Shown piece by piece: positions 38,204 to 47,683 of a stretch of 64,000 nt of DNA. Position numbers and translations under genes: made by a program. The notes beneath the pieces were generated by a model. The model saw nothing but the letters and a program-made list of their open reading frames with translations. It was not told the origin of the DNA and searched no databases. Numbering within the stretch: the first letter of the stretch is position 1; the number at the start of each line of letters is the position of its first letter. Source of the DNA: Candidatus Multivorans sp. (GTDB lineage Bacteria; Acidobacteriota; Thermoanaerobaculia; Multivoradales; Multivoraceae). The stretch lies in the NCBI GenBank assembly GCA_965247095.1, contig OZ251997.1, forward strand, positions 1,696,001 through 1,760,000. The letters are read 5' to 3'.

Positions 38204-38527
38204 ATGCCCAAGATCACCTACATCGCCCAGGACGGCAGCTCGCGCGTCATCGAAGCGCCGGTGGGGGGCACCGTGATGGAGAGTGCGCTCGACAATGACG
38301 TGGACGGCATCGTCGCCATCTGCGGCGGTTCCTGCTCCTGCAGCACCTGCCACGTCTACGTCGACGAAGCGTGGATCGAGGCCGTCGGTCCGCGTCATGT
38401 CGAAGAGGACTTCGTCCTCGAGCAGGGCATCGACGTGCGCCCCAACAGCCGTCTGAGTTGCCAGATCGACGTGACCGAAGCCCTCGACGGCCTCGTCGTC
38501 CACCTGCCCGCCGAACAGGCCGACTAG
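38204..38527 (+). CDS. 2Fe-2S ferredoxin, adrenodoxin/putidaredoxin type
   Basis: CGGSCSCSTCHVYV and SRLSCQI. Confidence 0.92.
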   Translation: MPKITYIAQDGSSRVIEAPVGGTVMESALDNDVDGIVAICGGSCSCSTCHVYVDEAWIEAVGPRHVEEDFVLEQGIDVRPNSRLSCQIDVTEALDGLVVHLPAEQAD

Positions 38528-38580
38528 CCGCAGTCGACCCGGCTCGCTCAACGAACCCGATCCGAAGGAGACACCCCGCC

Positions 38581-39249
38581 ATGGCCCTCGAACTCACCTT
38601 TCTCGGTCATTCCGGCTTCCTGTTCCGCTCTGGCGAGCACACGCTCGCGGTCGACCCCTTCCTCACCGGCAATCCGGTGGCCACGATCGGAGCCGGGGAT
38701 GTCGAGTGCGGAACCATCGCCCTGACCCACGGCCACTCCGACCACTTCGGCGACACGCTCGCCATCGCCCAGGCCAACAACGCGAACGTCATCGCCGCGT
38801 TCGAGATGTGCAACTACCTGCAGGAGTTGGGTCACGACAACGTGAATCCCGGCAACCCCGGCGGCAGGATCGACACCGAGTTCGGGTGGGTCGCGTTCAC
38901 CCACGCATTCCACTCGTCCTCGTACGAAGGCCGGTACATGGGCATGCCCTGCGGCCTCGTCGTCCATATGGGCGGCAAGACCGTCTACCACTGCGGCGAC
39001 ACCGGCCTGTTCGGCGACATGAAGCTGATCGGCGAGATCTACCGGCCCGACGCCACCTGCGTGCCGATCGGCGACCGCTTCACGATGGGCCCGGAGCTAG
39101 CCACCCGGGCCGCCGAGATGATCGGCGCGCCGGTCGCGATTCCGATCCACTACGGCACCTGGCCGCCGATCGCGCAGGACCCAAGCCACTTCGCGCCCGC
39201 CGGCGTCGAAGTCAAGGTGATGGCGCCGGGCGGTACGCTAACGATCTGA
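38581..39249 (+). CDS. Metal-dependent hydrolase, metallo-beta-lactamase fold (UPF0173)
   Basis: LGHSGF, DPFLTGNP, THGHSDH, YHCGDT, PIGDRFTMGP, PIHYGTW; RBS aaggag. Confidence 0.9.
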   Translation: MALELTFLGHSGFLFRSGEHTLAVDPFLTGNPVATIGAGDVECGTIALTHGHSDHFGDTLAIAQANNANVIAAFEMCNYLQELGHDNVNPGNPGGRIDTEFGWVAFTHAFHSSSYEGRYMGMPCGLVVHMGGKTVYHCGDTGLFGDMKLIGEIYRPDATCVPIGDRFTMGPELATRAAEMIGAPVAIPIHYGTWPPIAQDPSHFAPAGVEVKVMAPGGTLTI

Positions 39250-39332
39250 CCACGCGCTCCCACTTCTGCGCCGCGGCCGCGATCCGACCGCAACAAGCGC
39301 CACACCGTTCCGTAAAAGGAACCTGACAGCCC

Positions 39333-40187
39333 ATGCTTCTGTTCGACCATGTCAGCAAGTGCTTCGGCGACCTGCGCGCGGTCGACGACCTGTCGTTCGA
39401 GCTCGAGGCCGGCGAGGTGTTCGGGCTCCTGGGGCCCAACGGCGCCGGCAAGACGACCGCGATCAACATGGCGGTCGGCCTGCTCAAGCCGGACGAAGGC
39501 GTGGTCCGCTTCCTCGGCCCGACGATCGACCTGGACCCCACCGAGGCGAGCAACCGCCGGGCGCTGGGGCTGGCGCCGCAGTCGATCGCCCTCTACGAGG
39601 AGCTCAGCGCCGCCGACAACCTGCGTTTCTTCGGCCGCCTGCACCGCCTTAGGGGATCCGAGCTGGACGACCGGGTCGCCGCCTGTCTCGACTTTGCCGA
39701 TCTGACGGACGTCGGGAAGAAATCCGTCTCCAAGTACTCCGGGGGCATGAAGCGCCGCCTGAACCTGGCGGTCGCCATCATCCACGACCCGGACCTGGTG
39801 CTGCTCGACGAACCGACGGTCGGTGTCGACCCCCAATCGAGGAACGCGATCTTCGATCGCGTCGAGCAGCTCCGGGACGATGGCAAGCACATTGTCTACA
39901 CGACCCACTACATGGAAGAGGCGCAGCGCCTCTGCGACCGGGTCGCGATCATCGATCACGGCCGGCTGATGGCGCTCGACCGCGTGCCGGCGCTGATCGA
40001 GGCGCACGGCGGTCCGGGCAACCTCGTGGTCCACACCCGAGACGGCGAGAGCATCCATGAGACGACGGACCCCCTGAGGACGCTCGCCGAACTCCAGGAA
40101 CGGCAGACGGTCGAGCACTTCCAGTACCGCCCGCCCAACCTCGAAACCGTGTTCCTGAACCTCACCGGCCGCGCGCTGCGAGACTAG
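39333..40187 (+). CDS. ABC-2 exporter ATP-binding subunit
   Basis: GPNGAGKTT, YSGGMKRRL, LDEPTVGVDPQSR. Confidence 0.93.
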   Translation: MLLFDHVSKCFGDLRAVDDLSFELEAGEVFGLLGPNGAGKTTAINMAVGLLKPDEGVVRFLGPTIDLDPTEASNRRALGLAPQSIALYEELSAADNLRFFGRLHRLRGSELDDRVAACLDFADLTDVGKKSVSKYSGGMKRRLNLAVAIIHDPDLVLLDEPTVGVDPQSRNAIFDRVEQLRDDGKHIVYTTHYMEEAQRLCDRVAIIDHGRLMALDRVPALIEAHGGPGNLVVHTRDGESIHETTDPLRTLAELQERQTVEHFQYRPPNLETVFLNLTGRALRD

Positions 40188-40213
40188 GCGCGCACAAGCG
40201 CCAGGAGAAAGCC

Positions 40214-41491
40214 GTGAGAACCATCGTCGCCATGGCCGCGAAGGACATCAAGATCCTCTTCCGGGACAAGATGGGCTTCTTCTTCACAGTGTTCTTCCCG
40301 CTGATGATGGCGATCTTCTTCGGCGCCATGTTCGCCAACCTGAGCCGCGGGCCGGAGAGCATCCCTGTCGCCCTCGTCGACGAGGACCGGACTTCCGGTT
40401 CGCAGCGCTTCATCGCCAGGCTCGAAGCCGCAGGCGGGCTCGATCTGGAGCAAATCCCGCGCGAGCAGGCCCTCGATCAGGTGCGCCGGGGCCAGACCGG
40501 GGTCATGGTCACCCTGGCTCCCGGATTCGGGGCCGCGCTGGACAACCCATTCCGTACCACTCCCCAGATCGAACTCACCGTCGATCCCACTCAGTTCGCC
40601 GCCGCGGGGATGACCCGCGGCATTCTGCTCGAGGCCGCGGGAGCGGAGTTGCAGGCGCTGATGAGCGACCCCTCACGACTACAGGCAACGAACGACCAGA
40701 ACAGCCGCTTCATCGAGCAGTTGCCCCCCTCCCCCGCCCGCGACGACTTCCTGACCTTCCTCGACCTCACGCCGCGCATCTCGTCCCTGATCGACGAGCT
40801 CGGTCTGGACGCCCTCACGACCGACGCCACGACCGGTTTCGGCCCCCCTCTCGAGGTCGAACAGACCGCAGTCCAGGCGGAGCAACGCGGGCCGACCAAC
40901 TCCTACGCAACCTCCTTCGCGCAGGCGATGCTCTGGACCCTGATCGGTGGAACGGTGTCCTTCAGCATCTCGATTGCAATCGAGCGCAGCCGCGGCACGC
41001 TGATGCGACTGCTCGTGTCCCCGATCACGACCCGCCACCTCCTTGCCGCCAAGGGGCTGGCCTGTCTGGCCACGGTGCTGACCACGAGTACCGCCCTGAT
41101 CGCGCTCGGGATCACCGTCTTCGGTGTGAGACCCACCTCCTACCCATTGCTGGCACTGGCGCTCCTCAGCGGTTCGATCTGCTTCTGCGGCATCATGATG
41201 GCCTTGAGCGTGATCGGTCGCACGGAACAGGCAGCGGCCGGAGTCGGTTGGGGCCTCGCGCTCCCGTTCTCCATGCTCGGCGGCGGCATGGTGCCGCTGT
41301 TCCTGATGCCGGAGTGGATGCAGCGGCTCGGCAACATCAGCCCGATGAAGTGGGCGCTGATCGCGTACGAGGGCGCGATCTGGCGCGGCTTCACGCTCAA
41401 CGAGATGCTGCTGCCCTGCGCCGTGCTGGTGGTCCTCGGCGTCGTCGCCTTCTCCATCGGCGCCAGGTTCCTGCGCTGGGAGACCGGTTGA
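40214..41491 (+). CDS. ABC-2 exporter permease
   Basis: N-terminal TM, large extracytoplasmic loop, ER..GTL.RL..SP, GG.MVP..LMP.WMQ. Confidence 0.9.
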   Translation: MRTIVAMAAKDIKILFRDKMGFFFTVFFPLMMAIFFGAMFANLSRGPESIPVALVDEDRTSGSQRFIARLEAAGGLDLEQIPREQALDQVRRGQTGVMVTLAPGFGAALDNPFRTTPQIELTVDPTQFAAAGMTRGILLEAAGAELQALMSDPSRLQATNDQNSRFIEQLPPSPARDDFLTFLDLTPRISSLIDELGLDALTTDATTGFGPPLEVEQTAVQAEQRGPTNSYATSFAQAMLWTLIGGTVSFSISIAIERSRGTLMRLLVSPITTRHLLAAKGLACLATVLTTSTALIALGITVFGVRPTSYPLLALALLSGSICFCGIMMALSVIGRTEQAAAGVGWGLALPFSMLGGGMVPLFLMPEWMQRLGNISPMKWALIAYEGAIWRGFTLNEMLLPCAVLVVLGVVAFSIGARFLRWETG

Positions 41492-41495
41492 TCCC

Positions 41496-42419
41496 TTGGC
41501 CGGCTCCCTGCTCGTCATCGGCTCGGTCAACTACGACCTCATCTTCCGGCATCCGCGGCTGCCCAGGAAGGGCGAGACCATCGCCGGCGCGGAGCTGTTC
41601 GAATCCTGCGGCGGCAAGGGCGCCAACCAGGCCGTCGCCGCCGTCCGCTGCCGCGGCGGTCTCGGCGAGGCAGCGGGCGCCGTCTCCTTCGTCGGCGCCG
41701 TCGGCAACGACGCCCACGGCAACGCCCAGCGCAGCGTGTTCGCCGAGGACGACCTCAATACCCGACGTCTGCTCGTCCTCGACGACATCCACACCGGCCT
41801 GTCCGCGGTCTGGGTCGAGGCCGGCAGCGGCGACAACCGAATCATGAACTCACCCGGGGCGAACAGCCGCCTGACCGCGGACGCCCTGGCTAAGGTCCCG
41901 ATCGAGGAAGCGGGGCTTCTGCTGATCCAGAACGAGACCCCGGCGGACGGCGTCCGCAGCGCTGTGGCGCGTGCCGCCGGCGCCGGCGTGCCGGTGATCT
42001 GGAACCCGGCGCCCATCGACGAGCAGAACGACCCGGGCCTCGACCCGGGGCAGATCGCCTGGGTCACTCCGAACGAAGTCGAGTGCGCGGTCCTTCTTGG
42101 CCGACCCGGCGAGCGGATCGATGCCGGCACCGCCGCGGACGCCGCCACGGAGCTGCTGGCGATGGGCTACGGCGCCGCCGCCCTGACTCTCGGCCCGGCA
42201 GGCGTGATGCTGGCGGAAGCGGGATCGGCGCCGACCCTGGTCCCCGCGCCCGAGGTGGAAGCAGTCGACACGACCGGCGCCGGCGACGCCTTCAACGGCG
42301 CTTTCGCCGCTGCCCTGCTCACCTCCGCGACCAGTACCGACGCCGCCGCCTTCGCCGTCCGCTACGCGAGCGACTCGGTGACCCGGCACGGGACGCAGAC
42401 CTCCTTCGCCCGCTGGTAG
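41496..42419 (+). CDS. rbsK: Ribokinase (PfkB family)
   Basis: GSVNYD, GGKGANQAVA, QNE, TPNEVE, DTTGAGDAFNG. Confidence 0.82.
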   Translation: MAGSLLVIGSVNYDLIFRHPRLPRKGETIAGAELFESCGGKGANQAVAAVRCRGGLGEAAGAVSFVGAVGNDAHGNAQRSVFAEDDLNTRRLLVLDDIHTGLSAVWVEAGSGDNRIMNSPGANSRLTADALAKVPIEEAGLLLIQNETPADGVRSAVARAAGAGVPVIWNPAPIDEQNDPGLDPGQIAWVTPNEVECAVLLGRPGERIDAGTAADAATELLAMGYGAAALTLGPAGVMLAEAGSAPTLVPAPEVEAVDTTGAGDAFNGAFAAALLTSATSTDAAAFAVRYASDSVTRHGTQTSFARW

Positions 42420-42431
42420 TAGCGTAGCGCC

Positions 42432-43730
42432 GTGGCCGCTCCGGGCTCCTCATCCAAGCTCGCCCTGCTGGGCGGAAACCCTGTCCGCACCGAGCCCTGG
42501 CCACAGTGGCCGGCGCGAGGACCGGAGGAGGAACAGGCGGTTACCGCGGCTCTACGTGACGGTGACTGGGGCGGCTTCCCGCTTCCCAACGAGCGCGCCG
42601 AAGCCTTCGGCCGGGCGTTTGCAGCGCGCCACGACTGCGCCCACGCGCTGTGCGTCGCGAACGGCACGGTCTCGCTCGAAGTGGCGCTGCAAGCGATTGG
42701 CGTCGAGCCCGGCGCCGAAGTGATCGTTCCCGCCTACACCTTCGAGGCCACCGCTTCGGCGGCCCTGTTCGCCGGCTGCGTGCCCGTGTTCGCCGACATC
42801 GATCCGGACACCTGGTGCATCGACGTCGAGGCGGCGGAGGCCTTGGTCACGGAGCGCACCCAGGCGATCGTGCCGGTCCACCTGGCGATGACCGTCGCCG
42901 ACCTGGACGCGGTCGGAGCACTTGCCGAGCGGCACGGACTGGCAGTACTCGAGGACTGCGCCCACGCCCACGGCGCCCGCTGGCGCGGCCGCGGCGTCGG
43001 CTCCTGGGGTGACGCCGGCTCGTTCAGCTTCCAGAGCTCGAAGCTGATGACCGCCGGCGAGGGCGGCATCGTGACCACCTCGGACGAAGCGATCCTGGAC
43101 CGCCTGCACGCGCTGGTGAACTGCGGCCGGCAACGCCCGGGGGCCGCGGCGCCCGCCGCCGTGATCGGCCACAACTACCGGATGACCGACCTGCAGGCCG
43201 CGATCCTGGAAGTCCAGCTCGGACGGCTCGACCGCCAGCACGAAGTGCGCGCAGTGAACGCCCGGCGCCTCCACGCGGCGATCGAGGACATTCCGGGCCT
43301 CACCAATCTTCGGATCGACGAGCGGGTGACGACCCAGGCCACCTACCAGTTCGTGTTCCGGTTCGACGGCGAGGCCTTCGCCGGCATCGACCGCGACGTC
43401 TTCGTCGCCGCGCTCGAGGCCGAGGGCGTGCCGGCCGACGGCCGCTTCTACGAGGCATTGCCGAGGAGCGAACTGCTCCAACCTGACCCGGCCCGCTATC
43501 CGGCGTGGACGGCGGCGCTGGCTGCCGCGCCGCCCGCGGACTGCCCGAACGCCGAGCGCGCCGCGTACCGCGAATCCGTCTGGCTACCCCACCAGCTCCT
43601 GCTGGGCACGGTCGACGATGTGGACGACATCGTCGAAGCGGTGCTCAAGGTGCAGAACGGCGCCGCCGGTCTGGCCGGTGTCGAGGCCGCCGAGATCGAA
43701 CGGCGCCGGCAGGCAAGATCGGCGCGGTAG
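42432..43730 (+). CDS. DegT/DnrJ/EryC1/StrS PLP-dependent aminotransferase
   Basis: NGTVSL, EDCAHAHG, SFQSSKLMTAGEGG, NYRMTDLQAA. Confidence 0.92.
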   Translation: MAAPGSSSKLALLGGNPVRTEPWPQWPARGPEEEQAVTAALRDGDWGGFPLPNERAEAFGRAFAARHDCAHALCVANGTVSLEVALQAIGVEPGAEVIVPAYTFEATASAALFAGCVPVFADIDPDTWCIDVEAAEALVTERTQAIVPVHLAMTVADLDAVGALAERHGLAVLEDCAHAHGARWRGRGVGSWGDAGSFSFQSSKLMTAGEGGIVTTSDEAILDRLHALVNCGRQRPGAAAPAAVIGHNYRMTDLQAAILEVQLGRLDRQHEVRAVNARRLHAAIEDIPGLTNLRIDERVTTQATYQFVFRFDGEAFAGIDRDVFVAALEAEGVPADGRFYEALPRSELLQPDPARYPAWTAALAAAPPADCPNAERAAYRESVWLPHQLLLGTVDDVDDIVEAVLKVQNGAAGLAGVEAAEIERRRQARSAR

Positions 43731-43745
43731 CCCGCTTCGCTGCTG

Positions 43746-43813
43746 CCGGATGCGGGCGAGACGCCCGCGTTCCCAGGGATCGCGCATGCCGGCCAGAAGG
43801 CCGGTGCACCCAG
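43746..43813. repeat. Two tandem REP-like palindromic repeats between convergent genes
   Basis: 43746-43777 ccggatGCGGGCGagaCGCCCGCgttcccagg and 43786-43813 atGCCGGCCagaaGGCCGGTgcacccag. Confidence 0.7.
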
Positions 43814-43854
43814 TAGGGCGGGATCTGACCTCAACCCGGGCCGGCGATGGCTCG

Positions 43855-45123
43855 CTACGCCCAGGTCAGCGTGCTGGTGCTCTGGCCGAAGGCGTCCGTC
43901 TCGACACCCATGGTCTGCAGCATGGTCACGAACAGGTTGCAAAGCGGTGCGTTGTGATCGCCATCGTGGACGATGTGCCTGCCGTGGCTGTAGCCGCCTC
44001 CGGCGACCAGGATCGGCAGATCCCTGGGCTCGTGCGAGTTCGCGTTGCCGAGGTTGCTGCCGAACAGGACCGTGGTCTGGTCGAGGAGCGAACCGTTCCC
44101 GTCGCTGCGCTCGCCCAAGTCGCTCAACAGGTCGGAGAAGCTTTCGACGATCCCGGTCTCGATTCTCTTGAGCTGCGCGATCTTCGACGGGTCCTGGCCG
44201 TGATGCGACAGGCTGTGCTGGTCGAAGTTCACGCCCGGAACGTCGATCACGACCCCGTGATCCTGGATCATCAGGCTGATGACCCGGGACGAGTCGGTCT
44301 CGAGGATCAGCGGAATCAACCGGAGCATCAGCTTGACGCGGCCGATCAGGTCGGAGCGGGAGGGGATGTCGGTGGGCGGCTGCGCGTCGACCAACGGCTT
44401 CGGCTTCTGCTGCCAGGCCTGGACTTCGGCGAGGTCCAGTTCGGCGGTCCGCACCGCGTTGTAGTACGCGTCCAGCTTCGTCTGATCGGCCAGGCTCACG
44501 CGCCGGCGCAGCGACGCGGTCTGCGACTTGAGACGGTCCAGGATGCTGCCGCCGTCGTTCAGGCTCTGCTTCTCCCGTTCGACTTCCTCCGGCGTGCCTT
44601 GCAGGAACAACTGGCGGAACAGGTTCTCCGGGCTGGTCTCCGCCGTCACCATGGCGCCGCTGCTCGTGTAGGACTGACTCTGCGGCGAAGCGGTACCCAG
44701 CACGACCGAAGGGAACCGGGTCGTGTACCCGAGGTGGCTGGCGGCCACCTGGTCCACCGAGATGGTGTTACGGAACCCGTCCATGCCAGGACGCCGGGCC
44801 GCGGTCAGGAACGTGACCTCCGAGTTGTGCGGCTGCCGGCCCGTCTGGTCCTCGTGCGAGAAGCCGGTGAACAGGGTGTAGTTCTGCCGGTGCTTCTCGA
44901 GCAGCGACAGGTACTCCGTCGTCTCGTAGCCGGCGCCGGCGGTCTTGGGGAACCAGGCCTCGCGGTAGAGCCCGAGCGTATTGCAGATATTGACCATCCG
45001 ACGCGGCCCGGTGGCCGCGGCATGGGCCAGCGTCGGGGTCATCGACTCGAGCATGGGCAACGCGAGCGCCACGCCCGAAGCACGCAGGAAGGTGCGGCGG
45101 TCGAGGGGTCGGGTCAGGTTCAT
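43855..45123 (-). CDS. DUF1552 domain protein with Tat signal
   Basis: DRRTFLRASGVALALPMLESM, ISVDQVAA, HSLSHHG, SNLGNANSH, PLCNLFVTMLQ. Confidence 0.88.
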   Translation of the reverse strand: MNLTRPLDRRTFLRASGVALALPMLESMTPTLAHAAATGPRRMVNICNTLGLYREAWFPKTAGAGYETTEYLSLLEKHRQNYTLFTGFSHEDQTGRQPHNSEVTFLTAARRPGMDGFRNTISVDQVAASHLGYTTRFPSVVLGTASPQSQSYTSSGAMVTAETSPENLFRQLFLQGTPEEVEREKQSLNDGGSILDRLKSQTASLRRRVSLADQTKLDAYYNAVRTAELDLAEVQAWQQKPKPLVDAQPPTDIPSRSDLIGRVKLMLRLIPLILETDSSRVISLMIQDHGVVIDVPGVNFDQHSLSHHGQDPSKIAQLKRIETGIVESFSDLLSDLGERSDGNGSLLDQTTVLFGSNLGNANSHEPRDLPILVAGGGYSHGRHIVHDGDHNAPLCNLFVTMLQTMGVETDAFGQSTSTLTWA

Positions 45124-45125
45124 GG

Positions 45126-47567
45126 CTACCTCGTCCTGAAGAGGTCGCTCCGCGTGACCTCGTGAATCATCGTCCTGAGCGGATACCGGTCGTCGCCGAG
45201 CTTCGCCACCACCCGCTCCACATCGTCCCGGTCCGCGAACTCGATCTCGGCGCCGGTCGAGTACACGAGGAGCTGGGACACGAGGTGGCGCGCCACCTGC
45301 TCCACGTCCCTGCCGAGCAGCCGCTTGTACTCCTCGAACCCGGTGAAGGGCTCGCCATCGGCCGTAACGCCGGTGGAGTCGACCGGGAGTCCCTGCTTGT
45401 AAGGCAACGGGTAGCTGAACCCTTCCGGGGTCGTGGCTTCGCCGCCAGCCGCCCGATAGCGGGTGCGGAAGCCGCCGATCGGGTCGAAGGACTCGAGTGC
45501 GAAACCGGGCGGATCGATCACCCGGTGACAACTGTTGCACACCGGCTCGTTGCGGTGCTTGGCCAACTGCTCCCGGATCGTCGTGGCGCCCCGCGTGTCC
45601 GGTTCGAGCGCGGTCACGCTCTCTGGCGGCGGCGGCGCCGGCTGTCCGAGCAGGTTCGCCAGCACGAAGTTGCCGCGCGGAATCGGCGAGGTGATCGTGC
45701 CGTTGGCCGTGACCTTGTGGATGCTCGCCTGGGTGATGAGCCCGCCGCGGGGGCTGTCCGCCGGCAGCGTCACCTTGCGCATGTGCTGCCCCTCGATCCC
45801 GGGCACGCCGTAGTGCTCGGCAAGCCGCCGGTTGAGAAAAGTGAAGTCGGCGTCGATCAGGCGGCCCACGCTGTGGTCTTCGGCGATCAGTTCGGCCAGG
45901 AACAGTTGCGTCTCCTGGGCCATAGCCTTCCCCAGGCGGTCGTCGTACTCGGGATAGAGGCTGGCGTCGGGACTCGTCGCATTCAACTCGTAGAGCCGGA
46001 ACGCCTGGCCCGCGAAGTCCTTGATGAATCGCTCCGACCTGGGATCGTCGAGCAGGCGGTCGACTTGAGCCGCGAAGGTGGCCGGATCGGAGAGGTTGCC
46101 GTCGCCCGCTGTGCCCAGCAGTTCGCCGTCCGGCATGCTCCGCCACAGGAAGTAGGAGAGGCGGGACGCCAGCGCCAAGTCGTCCAACCGTCCCGGATCC
46201 CCTGCCTGGAAAAGGAAGGGCGGCGCGCTGAGGATGGCGCGAAGCGGTACGCGGACGGCGTCGACGAAGGGTCGGCCATCCTCCAGCATCGGCTGGGCCA
46301 GGCTCGCGTAGGCCTCGAGTTCGCCCTCCATGAGGGGGCGCCGGAACGCGAGCGGCGCGAACCGGGCGACGATGTCGACGATGTGCTCGTAGGGCGCCTT
46401 CGTCAGGCGCAACCCGCCCTCGTCATCGAACTCGACCCCGACCAGGAGGTCGTGGGTGCTCGGCGGCGGCCACGACTCGAACAGCGGCCCCTCGATCGTC
46501 ATCGAGCGGAGCGCGATCCCCTCGCCCTTGTAGTTCTCGACCGTGTTCTCCGGGGCATAGTAGTTGGTGTAGTCGATTCGTTCCGCATCGGCCAGCGACG
46601 GTGCGAGGATGTCGTAAGGCCGCAGGTACGTCTCGACCTGAACCGTCCGGGGCGTCTCGCCGACCAGATCGTAGGAGAGGAGCATCTCCTCGAGCGCGGC
46701 GGCGGCCGCCTGTTTCGTTCCCCGGTAGAGCGTGAGCGTCACCGGCGTGTCGGCCTGATACGCCCACCCTTCGAGCGTGGCGCGATACCGGCCGGCATAG
46801 GGCACGTTGTAGCCCTCGGTCTCACTGTGCATCAGGTACGTCGCGCCGCCATCGAAGAACATGACCGCCGCATCGTCGAGCATCTTGATGATCCCGCCGC
46901 CCAGGATCTCCGCCTTGCTCATGTAGGTGAGGTAGGTCGAATCCGCGTAGGCGATCTCGCGCCGCCCGGTAGCAGGCCGCGGCCCGCTTTTGATCGCCTC
47001 GTCCAGCGCCCGGTCGGCGGCCTCGAGATAGCTCCGGATATGCATCGGCGACATGCTCTGGTTGGCCGCCACGGTGTCGAATCCGCCGGAGTCGGCCTCG
47101 GCCGGCAGGCCCTGGCTCAGCTCCATCGCCACCGCCTCGTCTACCTGGAGCAGATCCTGAATCGTGTAGGCGTACTCGAGCCTGGTCAGCCGGCGGAGCG
47201 GCACGCGCTGGCCGCCGCGGTTCTCGAGATTCGCGGAGGTCAGGGCGGTCTTGAGCGAGACGAGCGCCGCCTCGATCAGCTCGGCCTCAGGCTTGGGCGC
47301 CTCGGGAGGCGGCATCTCCCCGTTCGCCACCCGGTCGTGGATGCGCTGCCAGGTGCGGAACGTCGCGGCGTCCGAAAGGTCCTGGCTGAGACGGAGAATG
47401 CTGAGCGGCGTCGCGGTCCGGCCCCCGTGACACCGGATGCAGGAGCGGTCGACCAGGGGCGCCACGCCCTCGAAGAACGGTGCGGTCTCTGCCGGGCCTT
47501 GAGCCAGGGCGACCGGCACGAACACGAGGAGCGGGACGACAGCGGCCGCGAAACGCTTGGGGACCAT
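45126..47567 (-). CDS. DUF1592/1588/1587/1585/1595 multidomain protein with two CXXCH motifs
   Basis: CIRCH, LRRLTRLEYAYT, LASRLSYFLW.SMPD, RGGL.TQAS, CNSCH.VIDPPGFALE.FDPIG. Confidence 0.88.
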   Translation of the reverse strand: MVPKRFAAAVVPLLVFVPVALAQGPAETAPFFEGVAPLVDRSCIRCHGGRTATPLSILRLSQDLSDAATFRTWQRIHDRVANGEMPPPEAPKPEAELIEAALVSLKTALTSANLENRGGQRVPLRRLTRLEYAYTIQDLLQVDEAVAMELSQGLPAEADSGGFDTVAANQSMSPMHIRSYLEAADRALDEAIKSGPRPATGRREIAYADSTYLTYMSKAEILGGGIIKMLDDAAVMFFDGGATYLMHSETEGYNVPYAGRYRATLEGWAYQADTPVTLTLYRGTKQAAAAALEEMLLSYDLVGETPRTVQVETYLRPYDILAPSLADAERIDYTNYYAPENTVENYKGEGIALRSMTIEGPLFESWPPPSTHDLLVGVEFDDEGGLRLTKAPYEHIVDIVARFAPLAFRRPLMEGELEAYASLAQPMLEDGRPFVDAVRVPLRAILSAPPFLFQAGDPGRLDDLALASRLSYFLWRSMPDGELLGTAGDGNLSDPATFAAQVDRLLDDPRSERFIKDFAGQAFRLYELNATSPDASLYPEYDDRLGKAMAQETQLFLAELIAEDHSVGRLIDADFTFLNRRLAEHYGVPGIEGQHMRKVTLPADSPRGGLITQASIHKVTANGTITSPIPRGNFVLANLLGQPAPPPPESVTALEPDTRGATTIREQLAKHRNEPVCNSCHRVIDPPGFALESFDPIGGFRTRYRAAGGEATTPEGFSYPLPYKQGLPVDSTGVTADGEPFTGFEEYKRLLGRDVEQVARHLVSQLLVYSTGAEIEFADRDDVERVVAKLGDDRYPLRTMIHEVTRSDLFRTR

Positions 47568-47683
47568 CGTTCTATTCTCCAGCTTTGGCACACTCCAGCT
47601 TCGGCCGCCGGACGGTCGGATCACAATCTCTGCTACGCGAACTTGACCCACGGAGTTTAGCAACAACCGGCCGTGTCCCCCGC

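Noticed and set aside
39333-43730. Aminoglycoside/aminocyclitol biosynthetic cluster (exporter + kinase + DegT aminotransferase)
   Set aside because: No cyclase, glycosyltransferase or dehydrogenase adjacent; the genes may be unrelated neighbours
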